From the human T2T-CHM13v2.0 reference genome, Homo sapiens: a DNA stretch of 64,000 nucleotides. Of the stretch, positions 43,003-58,195 are shown piece after piece (position 1 is the first letter of the stretch; the number at the start of each line of letters is the position of its first letter). The position numbers and the translations under genes are program-made. Below the pieces are notes generated by a model. The model was not told the DNA's origin and made no database searches. It saw nothing but the letters and a program-made list of their open reading frames with translations. The stretch is taken from the NCBI RefSeq assembly GCF_009914755.1, contig NC_060936.1; one strand, 5' to 3'.

Positions 43003-45848
43003 CTTTAGACACTTAAGTCATATCTGAAAGGAGACTATAGATTCCATTTCATTTTGAAGGCTGAGATATGGCATTATGTATTATGATAAACAGAAACTTT
43101 GATTTTTAATGATTGTTTAACATGTTAGTCTCATGATGGTCATACTTTAGGATAGCAAAGGGATTTAGAAAATAAGCAATAGTAACAAATGTGTTTTTTA
43201 TCTCAAAGAGATCCATAGAAATCACTTATTTAACAGTTGGAGAATTATCTTGGAATTTGAGACCTGAGGTTGTGGGCAGGATGTTAAGAGTTTGTTTGAT
43301 TAAATGGACCCAAATATAGACTGGTTTCTTTTTTGCTTCTCTATGTATGGGATAGGTTTGTGAGTCAAATAACAAGCTATTTGTATTTATGCTTGTCATT
43401 TCACTAAGGGTTTTTCTTCTAGAAATGCTGTTTGCATGGGTTTGGATTTTTTTATGGCTTACTTTTCAGTTCGATAATGTGTTCTTGTTTTCAAATTAAA
43501 CTTGTCATTGAGATTTTTTGCGAGTGGCTATGTTGGTTAGTTAGTATTTATAGCTTAAGTCTGTTTCTGAGGAAATGACTAAAGTCTCTTCATTTGATCA
43601 AAACTGTAGAACAAAGAACATCTTTGACTTACTTAAACAAGTCCTATGATGAAAACTCAAAAAATATAATGGTTCATGTTTATAAATGTTTTTGTGTATT
43701 CAGTCCTGGTTAGGCCAAATAATCAGAGCTCTGTGCTGAGGGAGGGATTGAATATACTCAGTGCCTGTTAGTTAATGTGAATTTCTCTGGAGCACATTCA
43801 GGCAATACTTATTTTCTCATAATCCTCCTCCCATCTCCGCCCCATCCCCCACAGCTTTTTTTTTCATTTAACATATTGTTTTGAATTGGATTTTATAGAA
43901 CATAGGTTTTTGTCTTCTTCTTCTTTTTAAACTATTCTACTAATTTTCTCCTTTCTTATTCCTAGCCAAGAGCCCTGATCCAGGTGAAGCGTGTAAACCT
44001 TGCACATGGAATTCCCAGCAAAGAGGCTGGTGGGGATCGGGACAGGGCCTGGGAAGTGACTGACTTGCAGAAACCCGCCATGTCTTGTTCTCTGCTGGAG
44101 ACCTTTGCTTATCCATCTTGTGAACATCTGCAGCCTCCCCCTGCAGCCTAATCTTGCCCTCTTACTGTTGACTCAGTCCTCATGGAAGTGTAGGTGCCCT
44201 TCCTTCTGCTCATTACGTTCCAGAGCAGGAGATGAGGGGACTAAGTAGGGAAGAAGAGAAGGCCCAGCTCCTGTCTGCTCAGACCCGGACTGACCTCTGC
44301 CCTGGGGCTCAGGCTGGGACTTGTATTTTACCATAAAGGCCCTATGACAGGTGGCGGTTGGATTTTGGTGTTAGATCAGCTGTGTTGTGGACTGACTGGG
44401 ATTTTCTGCACTAGATTTTAATCTAATTATTCTTTGGTAACATTGATTGTTTCAGCTCTTTCATAAACAGCTCAAGGCACCACTTCTCCAACTAAATCTT
44501 GTGTCTAAGTCTGAAACAGATGAAAGTGAAATCGCTGTGCCCATGGCTGCACATCCACTCACTTCTGCCTCTGCTCTCTGAAGCATCTTAGGGTGGGAGT
44601 CCTAGGAGCTCACTTTGAAAACTGCTCATTAACATGACTGTTTACTTTCAGAGCGCACCCTAGTCTTAAAATTGAGCTTGCCTGTTTACATATAATAAGT
44701 TGCTTAAAATTTGCTGGGATTGGTGTGTATATATGGGCCATATATGAAGCCAGTGGTAGGAGAAAGAGGAATGGACAGATACTTACCTGATGTGATTTGA
44801 TGGGGTGTTGAGAAATTCCACGATGAAAATCCACACCCCCATTCATTCCTGAAATGCCATAGCCAGTAATGCATTTTATTTCACTGTTAAGCACCTGCCT
44901 TTTCTGAAGCTTTTTTTTTTTTTAATAAAAAATGTCCTCATGAAGGATATCCATTAAGTTGTTGCAACCTTGGAGCTGATCCTTTTGCTTCCCTACTTGA
45001 TTAAACATCTGGGGTTAATGCATCCTCACAAGGACAGATAGAAGGAAGGAAACAGCCACATCCATACGTCATAATTTTGTCTAGAACTGGCCCTGACTCT
45101 TTATGCATTTGTAAAACATGTATGGGAATATCTCTGGTATTTAACTTGGAGACACCTTGCTTTCTCCTTTGGATGCAGTTAGTTCTGAAGTATTTGAAGA
45201 GAGGGCATCTCAAAAGGAACGTTCACTGTTCTTAAATATTCTTTTAGTACCAAAATATATTTTATTACTGTATCATGGTGAGGATATATGTTCCTGTATA
45301 TACTAGTGGGGATTTTCCCCTAAGTATGAGTTATTCAAGAGATAAGAGAATCAAAAATGCAAGTCTGAAAAATAGTGTATGTATTTCTACATATTTTATA
45401 CAACTTGTTCCTGTTGGACAACAAAATAATAAATTGTGGACATTTCCCATTTTTTTTTACCTTAACGACAAAATATTGCAAAACCGTGGTTCATTCATTT
45501 ACTCAACAAACATTCATAGAGTACCTACCATGTGCTACTACTACTTTGTGCTATAAAAATTAATGATGGTGGCTTCAGCAGAAAAATTAGTCATCAGGGA
45601 ATATTTGAGGTTGTCCAGTAACTGAGGAAGGAAGGGAGAGAAGGGTGGAGTGCTGGACGGGGAAGAAGGAAGAAGGAGGATAGGAGAGAAAGGATGAATG
45701 GAAGGAAGTCCTTAACACGTTTTGTTGTTTTTAATTACACTCATGTTATCTAGTTTAATATTCTTTATATAATCAGCCATTTGCCACTTTTATTTTTTCT
45801 GATGTGCTATAATTTTAACTTGTCGTTTTTGTATTTGTTTCTTTTCAG

Positions 45849-45936
45849 TATAAAAGAACGTGTGGATCACTTTGCTGAGTACATCCAAGATTTGAAGAAC
45901 TGAAATAAATCAGCTTTAAACCTGCTTTTTAAAAAT
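45849..45936 (+). other. PPFIBP1: Non-coding 5'UTR exon (exon 2, 88 nt) of PPFIBP1/liprin-beta-1; the rest of the window is its flanking introns
   Basis: Acceptor tttgtttcttttcAG|TATAAAAG and donor AAAAAT|GTAAGT, with no ATG inside. The sequence ...GATTTGAAGAACTGAAATAAATCAGCTTTAAACCTGCTTTTTAAAAAT matches my recollection of the PPFIBP1 mRNA leader. The C12orf71 paralogue in the window is consistent with 12p11. Confidence 0.8.
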
Positions 45937-48605
45937 GTAAGTGAACTCACTTCTGGCCATGGTTCATTTCAGACTCTCTAAAGCCTGCAATTTCCTCTCA
46001 GTGTGTGTGAATTTTTTTCCAGGAGTAAAGTTACTTGACTCTAGTGAGTCTACTCATTAAGTCTAGGAGTGTTTGTATCTGCTTGCCCTTTTAAAACCTG
46101 TAAATTCTAAGAGTAGTATGAATAACATAGGTGGCTGTAGGATTTAGACGCGGTGTGGCAGGCAGTGAGCAAATCTTCATTTGGCACTGAGAAGGAAAAC
46201 ACAGAATTGGTAGAACATAAAATAAAAAGCACAGCCCTCTTCTCGAGTCCTTCATCACTCTTCACCTCACAGACCATTTCACTACCTTATCTACACCAGC
46301 GAGAATTGCTAGTTGACCCATTAATGACCCAGTAGGCTTAGAATATGAGGTATTGGTTTCTCACAGGCATATTTACCCACTTTCTCCCTATTTCTCTTGC
46401 TCAGTAATAATAACTACTATTTATTGAGCTTCTACCAAGTGACAGGCATTTGATTAATTCGATTCCATGTTCATTCTACAAATAGTGTTTCTGAATGCTT
46501 GCCGTGTACCAGGCATGGCCCTGACACTACTTATTACCTTATCTTCAAGGCACCCTTGCAGGGTAACAGTTAACACTTCAGTGATCTGGATGAGGATCCG
46601 AGAGAGGTAAGGAGCGTGCTGACAGTCACCTAGCCAGTGAGTGTGAACTGTCTGACTTTCTCTGATTTGCCATATCCTAAAGCGTGCTTAGATGCTTTTC
46701 CTGGCATGGATGTCAATAAGAGATTGGAACCTTCTGGATCATATTCATAATAGGACTGTGATTCTCACCCTTTAAAACCTTGGCTGGAGTCACAGAAAGG
46801 AAGGAAGTTAGAGAAACATCCTGTCACACAGCTTTGGTACCTGGGTGGGGAGCTAAGAGATCTGTTGTCCAGTTCCAGTCCTTTCAGGAATTTCCTCTGT
46901 GTCCATGAGCTATCTAAGGTCCATGGGAAACAGTTGATCTTATGCAAACCAAAGGGCACGGACCAGATGCTTTCAAGGGTCTGTCTCAGTCAGCTCTTTG
47001 CTGAAGGACCTTATGCGTAGAGGAAAGTGCACACATCATTAAGTGGATAGCTTGAGGGAATAAATGTCACAAAGTGAACACACCTCTTCAATCAGCACCT
47101 TGATGAGTAGAAAATTACCAGCACCTCAGAGCCTTCCTCCCCTCATGCTCCAGAAGCAACCGGTATCCTGCCTTGTGATGCCTTTGTTTAGTTTGTCTTT
47201 ATGAATAGAATCATACAGTGAATATTCTTTTGTGTCTAGCTTGTTTTGCTTATTATGTTTGTGAAATCTACAATATTATGTACAATATTTTTTGCATTCT
47301 CTTTGCTCTAATGCTATTCAATTGTATACCTATTTTACAGTTGCTGGACATTTAGATGGTCTCTTGTTTGGGTGTATTACTAATAGCGCTTCTATGAATG
47401 TGTTGTGCATATCTTTTGGTGATGATTCTATTTTGTTTGTTCAGGTACTAAAGTCATTTTAATTCGTGGCACTTTGGAATGATGTTGAACTTTAGGTAGC
47501 CAAGCGATTTGTCTGCTTCAATGTGATGTTCCAAGCTGCTTACTCAACAGGAACAGATGAAGATGTTTTTGTAGATTACTCTTGTGGGGTGTGGCCAGGT
47601 GGAAGCCCTCTCTGATATGTGAGTGATGTGGTGGGGCTTATTGTCCTGGCAGAGAAGGGTTTTGATTGCATGGTACAGGAAGGGACTATGTAGGGGAAGA
47701 GGAAATAGATCCAGAAAAGAGATGTGTCTGGATTCCTATAGAAACTGTCAGGATATCTTACCAATCAGATCAAGAACCTGGAAAAGTAAGAGCCCCAGGG
47801 AAGACTCAGCTTGTGAGACCCGATGTGTCTAGGGAGACGAATAGAGAAAGAAAAATAGAGGCAGGCCTGAGCTCAGAAGGAGCTCTCAAAGAATTTTCTG
47901 AACAAATTCATTAAGCCTAACTTGTTTTAAGGAAGCTTTGAAAAACCAGTCCCTAAAAGTATGAATCTTGAGCCCAGAATGAACTTAAAAGTATAGAACT
48001 AGGAAAAAATGTATTTTCCCAAACAAATATGGGATGTGAGCATGTGGGCTTTGCCTTAAGACCTTTCTGCATTCAGATCACAATTCCACCACTTTGTCTC
48101 GTGACCTTTCTGGATCAGCTTCCACATCTGTAAAATGGGGATGGTAAAATCTCCGCCTCTAAGATTCCCCCCAAATCTGCTGTAACAATTGACTACAATA
48201 GTGTTAGTATTATGCTTCAGGGCACATAGACCTAGCACTAAAAATGATAGTCATTTTATTTCTCATTCTTGTTACTAAGATTACCCATTTGTATCTGATA
48301 CTTTATGAGCGTTTTCAGTTCACTTTTTAAAAATATGAGACTTCGGTTTTTAATTTAAGTGTAGTGAATACTAACAAAAAAGATTTTTCTACTTGCCTCA
48401 CCTTAGACTGAAACTCAGAGGAAGGATGCAAGGAAACATTTGTCCATGTGTCCTTGACATGTCCCTCCCCAGGGTGAGTCAGTGAAGACACTCTTGGTTG
48501 TCTGAACTGGTTTACTTGTTCAAAAAGAGACCAGTGGAGCTGAGATTTGTGGGAAACTAGGGTCATTTTGCACAAAGGAAATTTGTACTTTTATACATTA
48601 TACTC

Positions 48606-48891
48606 TTTTTTTTTTTTTCTTTTAAGAGACAGGGTCTCGGTTTGTTGCCCAGGCTGGAGTACAGTGATGTGATCCTTGCTCACTGGGCTCAAGTGATCCT
48701 CCCACGTCAGTCTCCTGAGTAACTGGGACTACAGGCGTGTGCCATCATGCCCGGCTAGTTTTTAAATTTTTTGTGGAGACAGAGTCTTGTTTTATTGCCA
48801 AGGCTGGTCTTGAACTTCTGGCTTCAAGTGATCTTCCCACCTTGGCCTCCCACAGTGCTGAGATTATAAGCGTGAGTCACTGCTCCCAGCT
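48606..48891 (-). mobile_element. AluJ element
   Basis: Alu dimer with a small internal deletion. Confidence 0.9.
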
Positions 48892-51739
48892 GTACCTTCA
48901 GTCTTAGGTGTTCTGGCAGGTGGCACGTATATGAAATTTCGTTTGCCTAAGAGTGCAAGCAACACCCTAGTCTCTCCTCTGTGCCAGTGGTCCTTGAGTT
49001 CATGGATGATAGTGGTGAATGCTGTCTGGTTGTACCACTTTTGAGGCTGAATGGGCCCAGGTACAAGAATGAGGTGGGAGCCACTTGTCCAGCTTCATCT
49101 CTGTCTTCTCTGCATTAGGCCAAGGAAGGCTGTGGGACTGTATGGTTAGCTATTCACTCAGGCTTGCCTGTATCATCACTCCACCCTGTAGTGTAGTGGT
49201 TTGTAAGTAGGCAATTTGTAGCCACTGAGATAATGTCATCCCCAAAGAAAAGCATCTACTGTGGATTTGTCCTTTGCGCCCTTTTCTCTGTACCCTTTTT
49301 GCAGTCTTTGAAATCACTTTCATTATTATGTGGGGATTGGGGTTTTCTATCTCCTGACTGTCTTTTGTGAACTAAATCTTATTTTATGCAATTTGTACTA
49401 AAAATTATAAAAATACTGCTTGGGGATGGCAGTCTTATTTGGGATTGTGTCACATGTTGTTTGTTTTGTGCTTAATTGGTTCGTGATAACTGGACAATAT
49501 ATAAATGATCTTGGTTTCATCATGTAACTCACAAAATGTTTTCTTTTCCATTTTTTTTTCTTTAGTGCTTTCTCCTTTTCCTACCAAATATCTAGGCTCA
49601 CTTTTACCATCAGATAGAGATTTAGTTGGGCTTTTAGAACTCTCTCTTCAAGCAGATGCTTTGCGTGTGTGTGTGTACGTGTGTGTGTGTGTGTGTATGG
49701 AGTTTGTGGGCTGTTAGAAGCTATTTGCTCATCTTGTCAAAGCCATAGCAGTCTTTTCATTCTCAGTTGCTTTGCTTTCTCCTCACCTCTTAGGAAATTG
49801 GCAGCCAATGACTTTGATTTTTTTTTTCCTTTATGAGACAGATATGCTAGTGTGTAACTGTAGACAGAGGAAGAGTTTGCACATTTAGCAAATGATCAAA
49901 TAAGTGGCGTGTGTATGTGTGTGTGCATACATGCTGTCTCTATAACTGAGCAAGTGTTGTTTTTTTCTCTGAAGTCTCCATGCATTTATACATTTAATTA
50001 GGAGGCTCAAGTATCTCTGATGACTTTTAAATATATAGCCTCAACAGTTTTTTAAGAAGAGGGGAGAGGGTCCAAGGCATTTTTTACACCTATTTAGTGG
50101 ATGTGTGGTTTAATGTTATGGTATTTTGGGGAAACCTGGGTTCTGACTCCATCGTTTCAGTGAGCCATGGTTTCCCATTGCTTCAGGAGTAGAGAAATGG
50201 GGGAAGGCATTTCAATAGTTCTTAAATCTATTATTTAGCAGTAGCTCAAGGCTGTATGCATGGTAATCAAAGAAATGAGATTGGGTTCCCTGGGTGTGGT
50301 CTGCATTCCTTCTGTACTGTAGCGCTGTTCTAGTCTCCTGGTCAAATCACAGCCCAGAGCTGCTTCAGCCAAGAGGAGACTTAAATTAGGGATGTGCAAT
50401 TTACAGCCATTGTAGCAGGATCCACTTAGTCCCTAGGCAGAAGATAACATGTGCGATCACTGTAGAAATTATAGCAGCTTTCCGATTGAAATAGCCCTGA
50501 GAGTTTCTTGTGACTATTACCTTGAGCTGAGGTGTAATCCCTTACCAGTGGTGTAATCCTAACTACAATACAACAGTTAATTGTCTTCTGTGTTCTTATT
50601 TGTGGTTCAGAACACAAATTGTTATTTTTCCATCAGCTTTTCTTGCTTGTTGTTTGTTTTTTACCTAATTCCTTTCCTGTTGTAGTAGTTGTTATATGCT
50701 TGGCTTGACATAGTTAGGCTATTTGGTACTGTGATATTAAGATATTTTTTAGGAAAAGGTCATCAGCTGTCTTTCTGGGCTATTCTGGGCATTTTGTACT
50801 CTATTTTGGATGTAACTTTTCTTGCTCTTGATTTCTGATTAGCTGTTCTTCCTCCTTGCTTTGGCCTCTCAACTTGCTTGGAAGCTTTTCAACAAATCTG
50901 CACTTGGATGACGGCTTTGTTCAACAAATAAACATTATCTCAACCTTGGGGAAGAGTTAAGAAGACACAGGATGGAACACTGTTAGATGCTTCTGGTTCT
51001 AAGCATGGAATTCCTGGAACAGGGAAGCTAGCTTCCAATACATTGAAGTCCGGAAGTTGTTTTCCTGCTCAAGGAGGTCACATTTCTACCAAGAGAAATG
51101 TGAATTCTAAGGCATTTTCAAAAGTTTTGGATGATTTGGTGAGATTTAAATTGTCTTATTTTTGATAAATTTTTAGAAATTAAAGAATGCATTATTTGCT
51201 TAGAAGAGTGGGATTTTTGGTTCTTCATGGTCTATATTGGTCCTTCCTGAGGTCGCACAGAGGCCTTTGAACAAGATTGGGCCTGCTGTGTGGTTGGGAT
51301 AGTTGAAAGCCAAGTATCAAGCAGGAAATAAGAGTAGCAGACCTTAAAGTATTAGACTTCTCATAAGGGAAAACAGCAACACCCAAGAAAAATCCATTTA
51401 CATTTACCCACAGTCCTTCTGGCCTGTGGACCTCTTTTCTCCTCTTGTTAGCCAGCAGAACAGCAATCTCTTCTTTGCAAGACTGTGAGTAATTCAAGGG
51501 GGACAGAAAAGGACAGAAAACACCAAGTACCTCTATCCAGAGGGTGACTTTTGTTTCCTCACTTTGTGGCCCCACTGAATTCACAGAAGGTAAAGCTGAA
51601 AGAACTCAGGGTATATGGCTGGTTTTTTGCACTCTTTACTTGATAAAATCAGTTGATTCTTCTTTTTTTGTGGTAGTTGTGCTCTGAAGTGATTGTGAAC
51701 ACTGAATGACCAAATACTTTTCCTAGGGGAAATGCAGAG

Positions 51740-52255
51740 GGAGGGTCCTGCGAGCCTTTGACCACAGTGTTTTTGCCAACTGATCAATACACAACCTTGT
51801 TTTATGTGTGTTTCTGTTTAGATACCACTTTCACATACGTTGTTGAATCATTAACACTGACACACACCCAACAGCTTTGTAACTCAGGCCTGAAGGAAGC
51901 TGACCTCACACACTGGTTTCGTCCTTGAGGCACGGCCTCATTACCTCAGGAACACCAGGCAGCGCTTCCACACTGTGCTTGGAGCCATTTTAAACAGCAC
52001 AAGGGTTGATCGACAAGTACAAACGTGTGAAAAATGTGGCACAGAATAGACCATGAAAAGGACACTTTATGGCAGGAGGGCTGAACTGATGCAGGAAAGT
52101 GGAGCATCGTCTTGTTCAGCCTGCGCTGGGAACTCCGCCATGGTGACCGAGAATCCTCGCTCCTTTGCATGTGTCTGTGAATGAGTGTGAAGGTACTCAT
52201 GTGGGGGTTGCAAGCAAATTTTAGCAGGTGGGCCAATTCACATGTGCCAACTGTA
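51740..52255 (-). mobile_element. TcMar-Tigger non-autonomous element (MER82-like)
   Basis: gccattttaaacagc..aaaaatgtggcacagaatagacc..aaaaggacactt..aaattttagc..aactgTA. Confidence 0.65.
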
Positions 52256-54113
52256 TAATAGAAGCAAAATAATCCCAATTATTGTGGCCGGAAACTTTCC
52301 CAGTCCCACTGTGTGGTTCATGTAGAAAACCAATAATTTAAGGTAAAAATGAACTGTAAGCTGGTATAGCCAGACCAATGTTTTTAAATAGGCTCTTGTG
52401 AGATGAAGACAGGCAAGGAAAATGTGCCCAAGAAATTATCATTTGTTGTTGAACAAACGATAATTAGCCCTGCTGCCAGGCTTTGAACATTTAGAGAATG
52501 GGAACAACATCACGTATCCCCATGTCCTTGGCATGAAAGGTAGTAATGACCAGCACCTAGGGGCACCTCAGCAAGTGAATGAATCCTAAATAAATGAATG
52601 AAAGAGCAGGGGGAATTCTTAGTGATGCCTGATAGCCCACTGTAGGGCATCTTAGGAATCTCATGCATCATTTTAGCCTAGATATATCATTTCCTGCCCA
52701 CTGTGTTCCTTAAATTAACTTGCATAAATGTGTATCAATGAGCAGAAACAGTAGTGTCTGACTGTGAAAGGTAATCATGTGACACAGAGGTTATGTATCA
52801 TGCTCATTTTCGTGCACAGCCCCTGGCACGTTAATGTTCATTAAATGAATTTGAATGAATGAATGAATTTAAACATCTAGAATATTTAGAAATGCAATGG
52901 CTTTAAACAAATCTTTTTAAATTTAAAACAGAGGTGACTTTGTAAGTCACTTTGTACTATAAGTCTGTACTCAGAGAAGTAGAAAGATGTGGATATTCTT
53001 TTGTTAACCAGCTTTGTCTATTGTATAAAACTGAGCTTTTCCACTCAGGAAACATCTACGCTGCGCTGTGTCTCCCTGCACCCCCCTCATATAAATATCC
53101 AGGGATGAGAGTTAATTAAAGTAGAAGCTAGTTAGGTTTTCTGAAAGGAAATGACATTCACTTTCAGATGTTATCCGTTTAAATTATTTCCTGCAGATTA
53201 ACTGTTCATTTTACGAATTATTTATCATGGAGCTACTGTGTACAAGAAACTGGGCCAGGGGCTTTGGAGCATGCAAAGATAAGCAGAACATAGGGTCTTT
53301 TGTCTAGTGGGAGGGAAAGACATAAGTGCACATTTTTGTAAGTCTGGATAAAATGTACACTAACTACAGGTAAAAGTGAAGTGCTGTGGTGGCACAAGGC
53401 AGAGTGAGGTTAATTCCAACCTTCTCTGTTCTACGGAGGAGCTTCAATATAACCTGGGTCTTGAATGCCCGTTTGGGAGTGGGTGGGCAGCAGGGTAGAC
53501 TGGAGAAGTAGCACATTAGGCCAGTTCCAAGAAGAGGTAGCAAAAGCATTGGAGCACGAAGGTACAAGGAACAAGTAACATAAAGGTTCTGGAGTGTGAG
53601 GGGCAGTGGGGGAGTATTGTGAAATAAGACTAGAAAATTGCCTCAGGATCCGATTATAGAGAGATTCAATGGTAGTTTGCTTGGACTTTATTCTGTAGTC
53701 ATTAGGAACAATAGCAGATTTTAAAATAGAGGAATTGTGTGCCAGCAACTAGCAGCAGCTAAAATTTGTAAGCACTTGTTATGTGCCAGGTACGAATTCT
53801 TACCACAGCCCTTTGAGGCTAATACTGTTAGTGTTGCAGTTTGTAGATGAGGAAACAGCACAGAGAAGTTAAGTAACTTCCCCAGGATCCACAGCAAATA
53901 AGTGGTGGACTGGGAATTGAAGCCAGGAAGTCAAACTTAAGAACCTGGGTTTTTAACCTGGGATGGAAGAATAGGATTCGGAGAGTCTTTGAACTTTTTA
54001 AATTATTTGCCAAGTGGTCAGTATATATGAATATGTGCATTAGTTTAAGAGAGGATCTATGGCTTTAATCATGTAAGAGATGCATGCTTAAAAATGTTAA
54101 TAAAGACTATATA

Positions 54114-54406
54114 GGGCAGGCATGGCAGCTCAGGCTTGTAATCCCAGCACTTGGGAGGCCAAGGTGGGCAGATCACTTGAGGCCAGGAATTCACAACCAA
54201 TCTGGCCAACATGGTGAAACCCTGTCTCTGCTAAAAATATTAGAGTTAGCCTGTGTGGTTGTGTACGCCTATAGTCCCAGCTACTTGGGACACTGAGGCA
54301 TGAGAATCACTTGAACCCAGGAGGCAGAGGTTGCAGTGAGCAGAGATCATGCCACTGCACCCCAGCCTGGGCGAAAAAGTGAGACTCTGTCTCAAGAAAA
54401 AAAAAA
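54114..54406 (+). mobile_element. AluS element
   Basis: Alu dimer with poly-A tail. Confidence 0.92.
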
Positions 54407-55036
54407 GCCTATAAGAGCACCCTCTTTCACCCTCAGAAGTCCCCCAGAATGCACAATGCATTATATAGTGACTATGCCTGTTCTTCTTGTTAGGTAGGAA
54501 GAAGCAGAACAATCTGTCATGGCTCAAAATAAAAGAAAATGTCCAATTTGAAGAAATTCTTAGTATTGTAAGTGTCAGGCTGTTCTTGATTTGTGAGAAA
54601 CAAAAAATTTAAAAGATGGTATTTTGAAGGTAGAAATCAGATATTCAGGCTTTGAAACTTGCAAAAATTTCAAACGGCAGAGGACCTATCTCCGCATTCG
54701 GCAAAAATTATTCTTTTTAATCTCAACAAAAGCTAGATAAACTCCTGAAATCTTACGTGTTCTGTAAAAATACCTAGATGCTAGTCTGCTTTCAACTGAA
54801 CCAATTTGCCTTTTTACAGTTAGGACTTGAAGGATGAATATTTACCAATCTATGAGACTGAAAATTCTTTGCAGCCAGCTGTGAACCCAAAGGCAGGTGC
54901 GAGAATGAATGAAGGAGTCCAGATTAAAGAATTGTCCAGTTTACATCACTTGAGAAGTCAAATTAATATCTAAGTTTTATTTAGAGTAAATGTTTTAATG
55001 TTTTAAATATATATAATCTCATAAGATATTACTGTT

Positions 55037-56080
<1,044 letters not shown>

Positions 56081-57054
56081 ATGGTACTAACTTGATCTCT
56101 AAAGTCATTTTACTGAAGAAAAATTCTCCTTTCCATCCCATGTCCTGCTTGGGGAAAATCTTGGCCCAAAAGACGCATGACAGAAGGATCGATGAAAGTG
56201 AAACTTGAAAACAACTATCCAAACACACATTAACTATGAAGATGTTTGAAGGGTTTTCTTTTCCTTTCTGAGTGGGTATGCAGGAAACCTGTACCCTAGG
56301 GTGAGAGCTCTTTATTTTAAAGATTTGTACTTAAAATAATCTTTATTGCTGCAGGTGAGGAAAAACTAAATAAATTGCTATTTATTTTCTTTTGGACTGA
56401 GAGAATTCAGTAGCAATGAGATGAATTTTCTTTCAGTGCCACAATCTGAAAAGCTGTGATGTTTACCATACCATTTGAAAATGTCTTAGAAGTAGTTCCT
56501 TATAAAGCATATTATATTGAAATCAAATGGGCATTAAAGCCATGGAATTCCTTTGAAAGGTGGAATAAAGCGGAAATTGTTTTGTCTTGGTACTTCTTGA
56601 TCTAGACTAATAATCCTTTGGGGGAATTTATCCTGAGGCTTTTTACCAATTGTGCTCATGACTGGCTCCCTCAGTGAATGTTATCTGATGAAGGTCTTAT
56701 TTCACTTCTGAAAGCACAGCGTTGTTCTATTTGTTTGAGGTATTAGTAGGTAGCAGGAAAAGATCGACTCCAGGTAATGCAATATAAAACCCACCCGTCC
56801 ATCTTGAAATTGGAGGTTGTCCTGCATGCTATATAAGTTCTCCCACTTGCAATATATAATGAGGAGACATATTTTTGAAGCAATTAACTGTTCCTTCAAA
56901 ATTGTTCTTTATTGTTGGTGTAAGGACTTTAGCACTCTCTAGGAAATCGTCTATAACTTGCTTCATTTTTCTTTTGTTTTGTAAGAGGATTTTAGACTCT
57001 ATTCTTGTGGCCAGTTAGACTTGGATCCGTGCATCCTCTTGAGCCGTGAATTTT

Positions 57055-57142
57055 CTGGTCTCAAAGTCCCAGGCTCAAGCGATCCTTGCGCCTCGGCCTT
57101 CCAAAGTGCTGAGGTTATAGGCATGAGCCACGGCACCTGGCC
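57055..57142 (-). mobile_element. Alu left-monomer fragment
   Basis: ctcaagcgatcc..ccaaagtgctgaggttataggcatgagccac. Confidence 0.8.
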
Positions 57143-57826
57143 CATAATGTATTTGACACTATAATTAAGAGATACTGAGATATTTCCTATTTTAAAATAC
57201 TTCGTCCTGCTTTCTAATATATAGCATGACACCCAACCTCAGAGGGTATGGAAAGCTTACTTTACTGTAAAGACTTGCAAAGCACACTGCTTATATTTTA
57301 GGGACAGGTTCATACCTGCCAAGCAGGTTTATGAAACACTGATGAATAAACACAAGTATGTCAGAAATCTTACTAAAGAACAGTGCATCTTATTCGGTGT
57401 AGACAGTCTTCTAAAGTATTTTGGTTGAGTCCGTCCTAGAGCTTAATTGCGAGAGTAAGAATTAAAATAATAAAACTGGTTGCAAGTCTTTTGAGAGTAA
57501 GATATGTCATCTTTCTTTCAGGCCTATCATAGTGTCTAGTCTAAAGCAACAGTAAGGCTCCTTGCATATTTGTTGAATTAAATTTTCAATTTAGTTTCTG
57601 AATTCCTTGGTCCTAATAGATTTCTCAGTTGATAGGTTGCCATCTCACTTGACGTCTACTTGATGGCTATGTTCTCTTCTTGTCTGCCTCCCTTTTCACT
57701 CCTGTTCTTGACCCTACTGACCAGTCTTTTTTGACTTAAAGAATAGCAACTCTTTAAGCTGTTGTATTTCACTTTTTTAAAATTATATAGACAGGATACA
57801 TTAAAAACATTTAAAGAATTACATAG

Positions 57827-58195
<369 letters not shown>

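Noticed and set aside
56341-56360. CAG|GTGAGG (and CAG|GTAC at 47442-47448) as recursive splice sites
   Set aside because: The first has a weak polypyrimidine tract and the second a weak donor; neither can be supported without RNA-seq.
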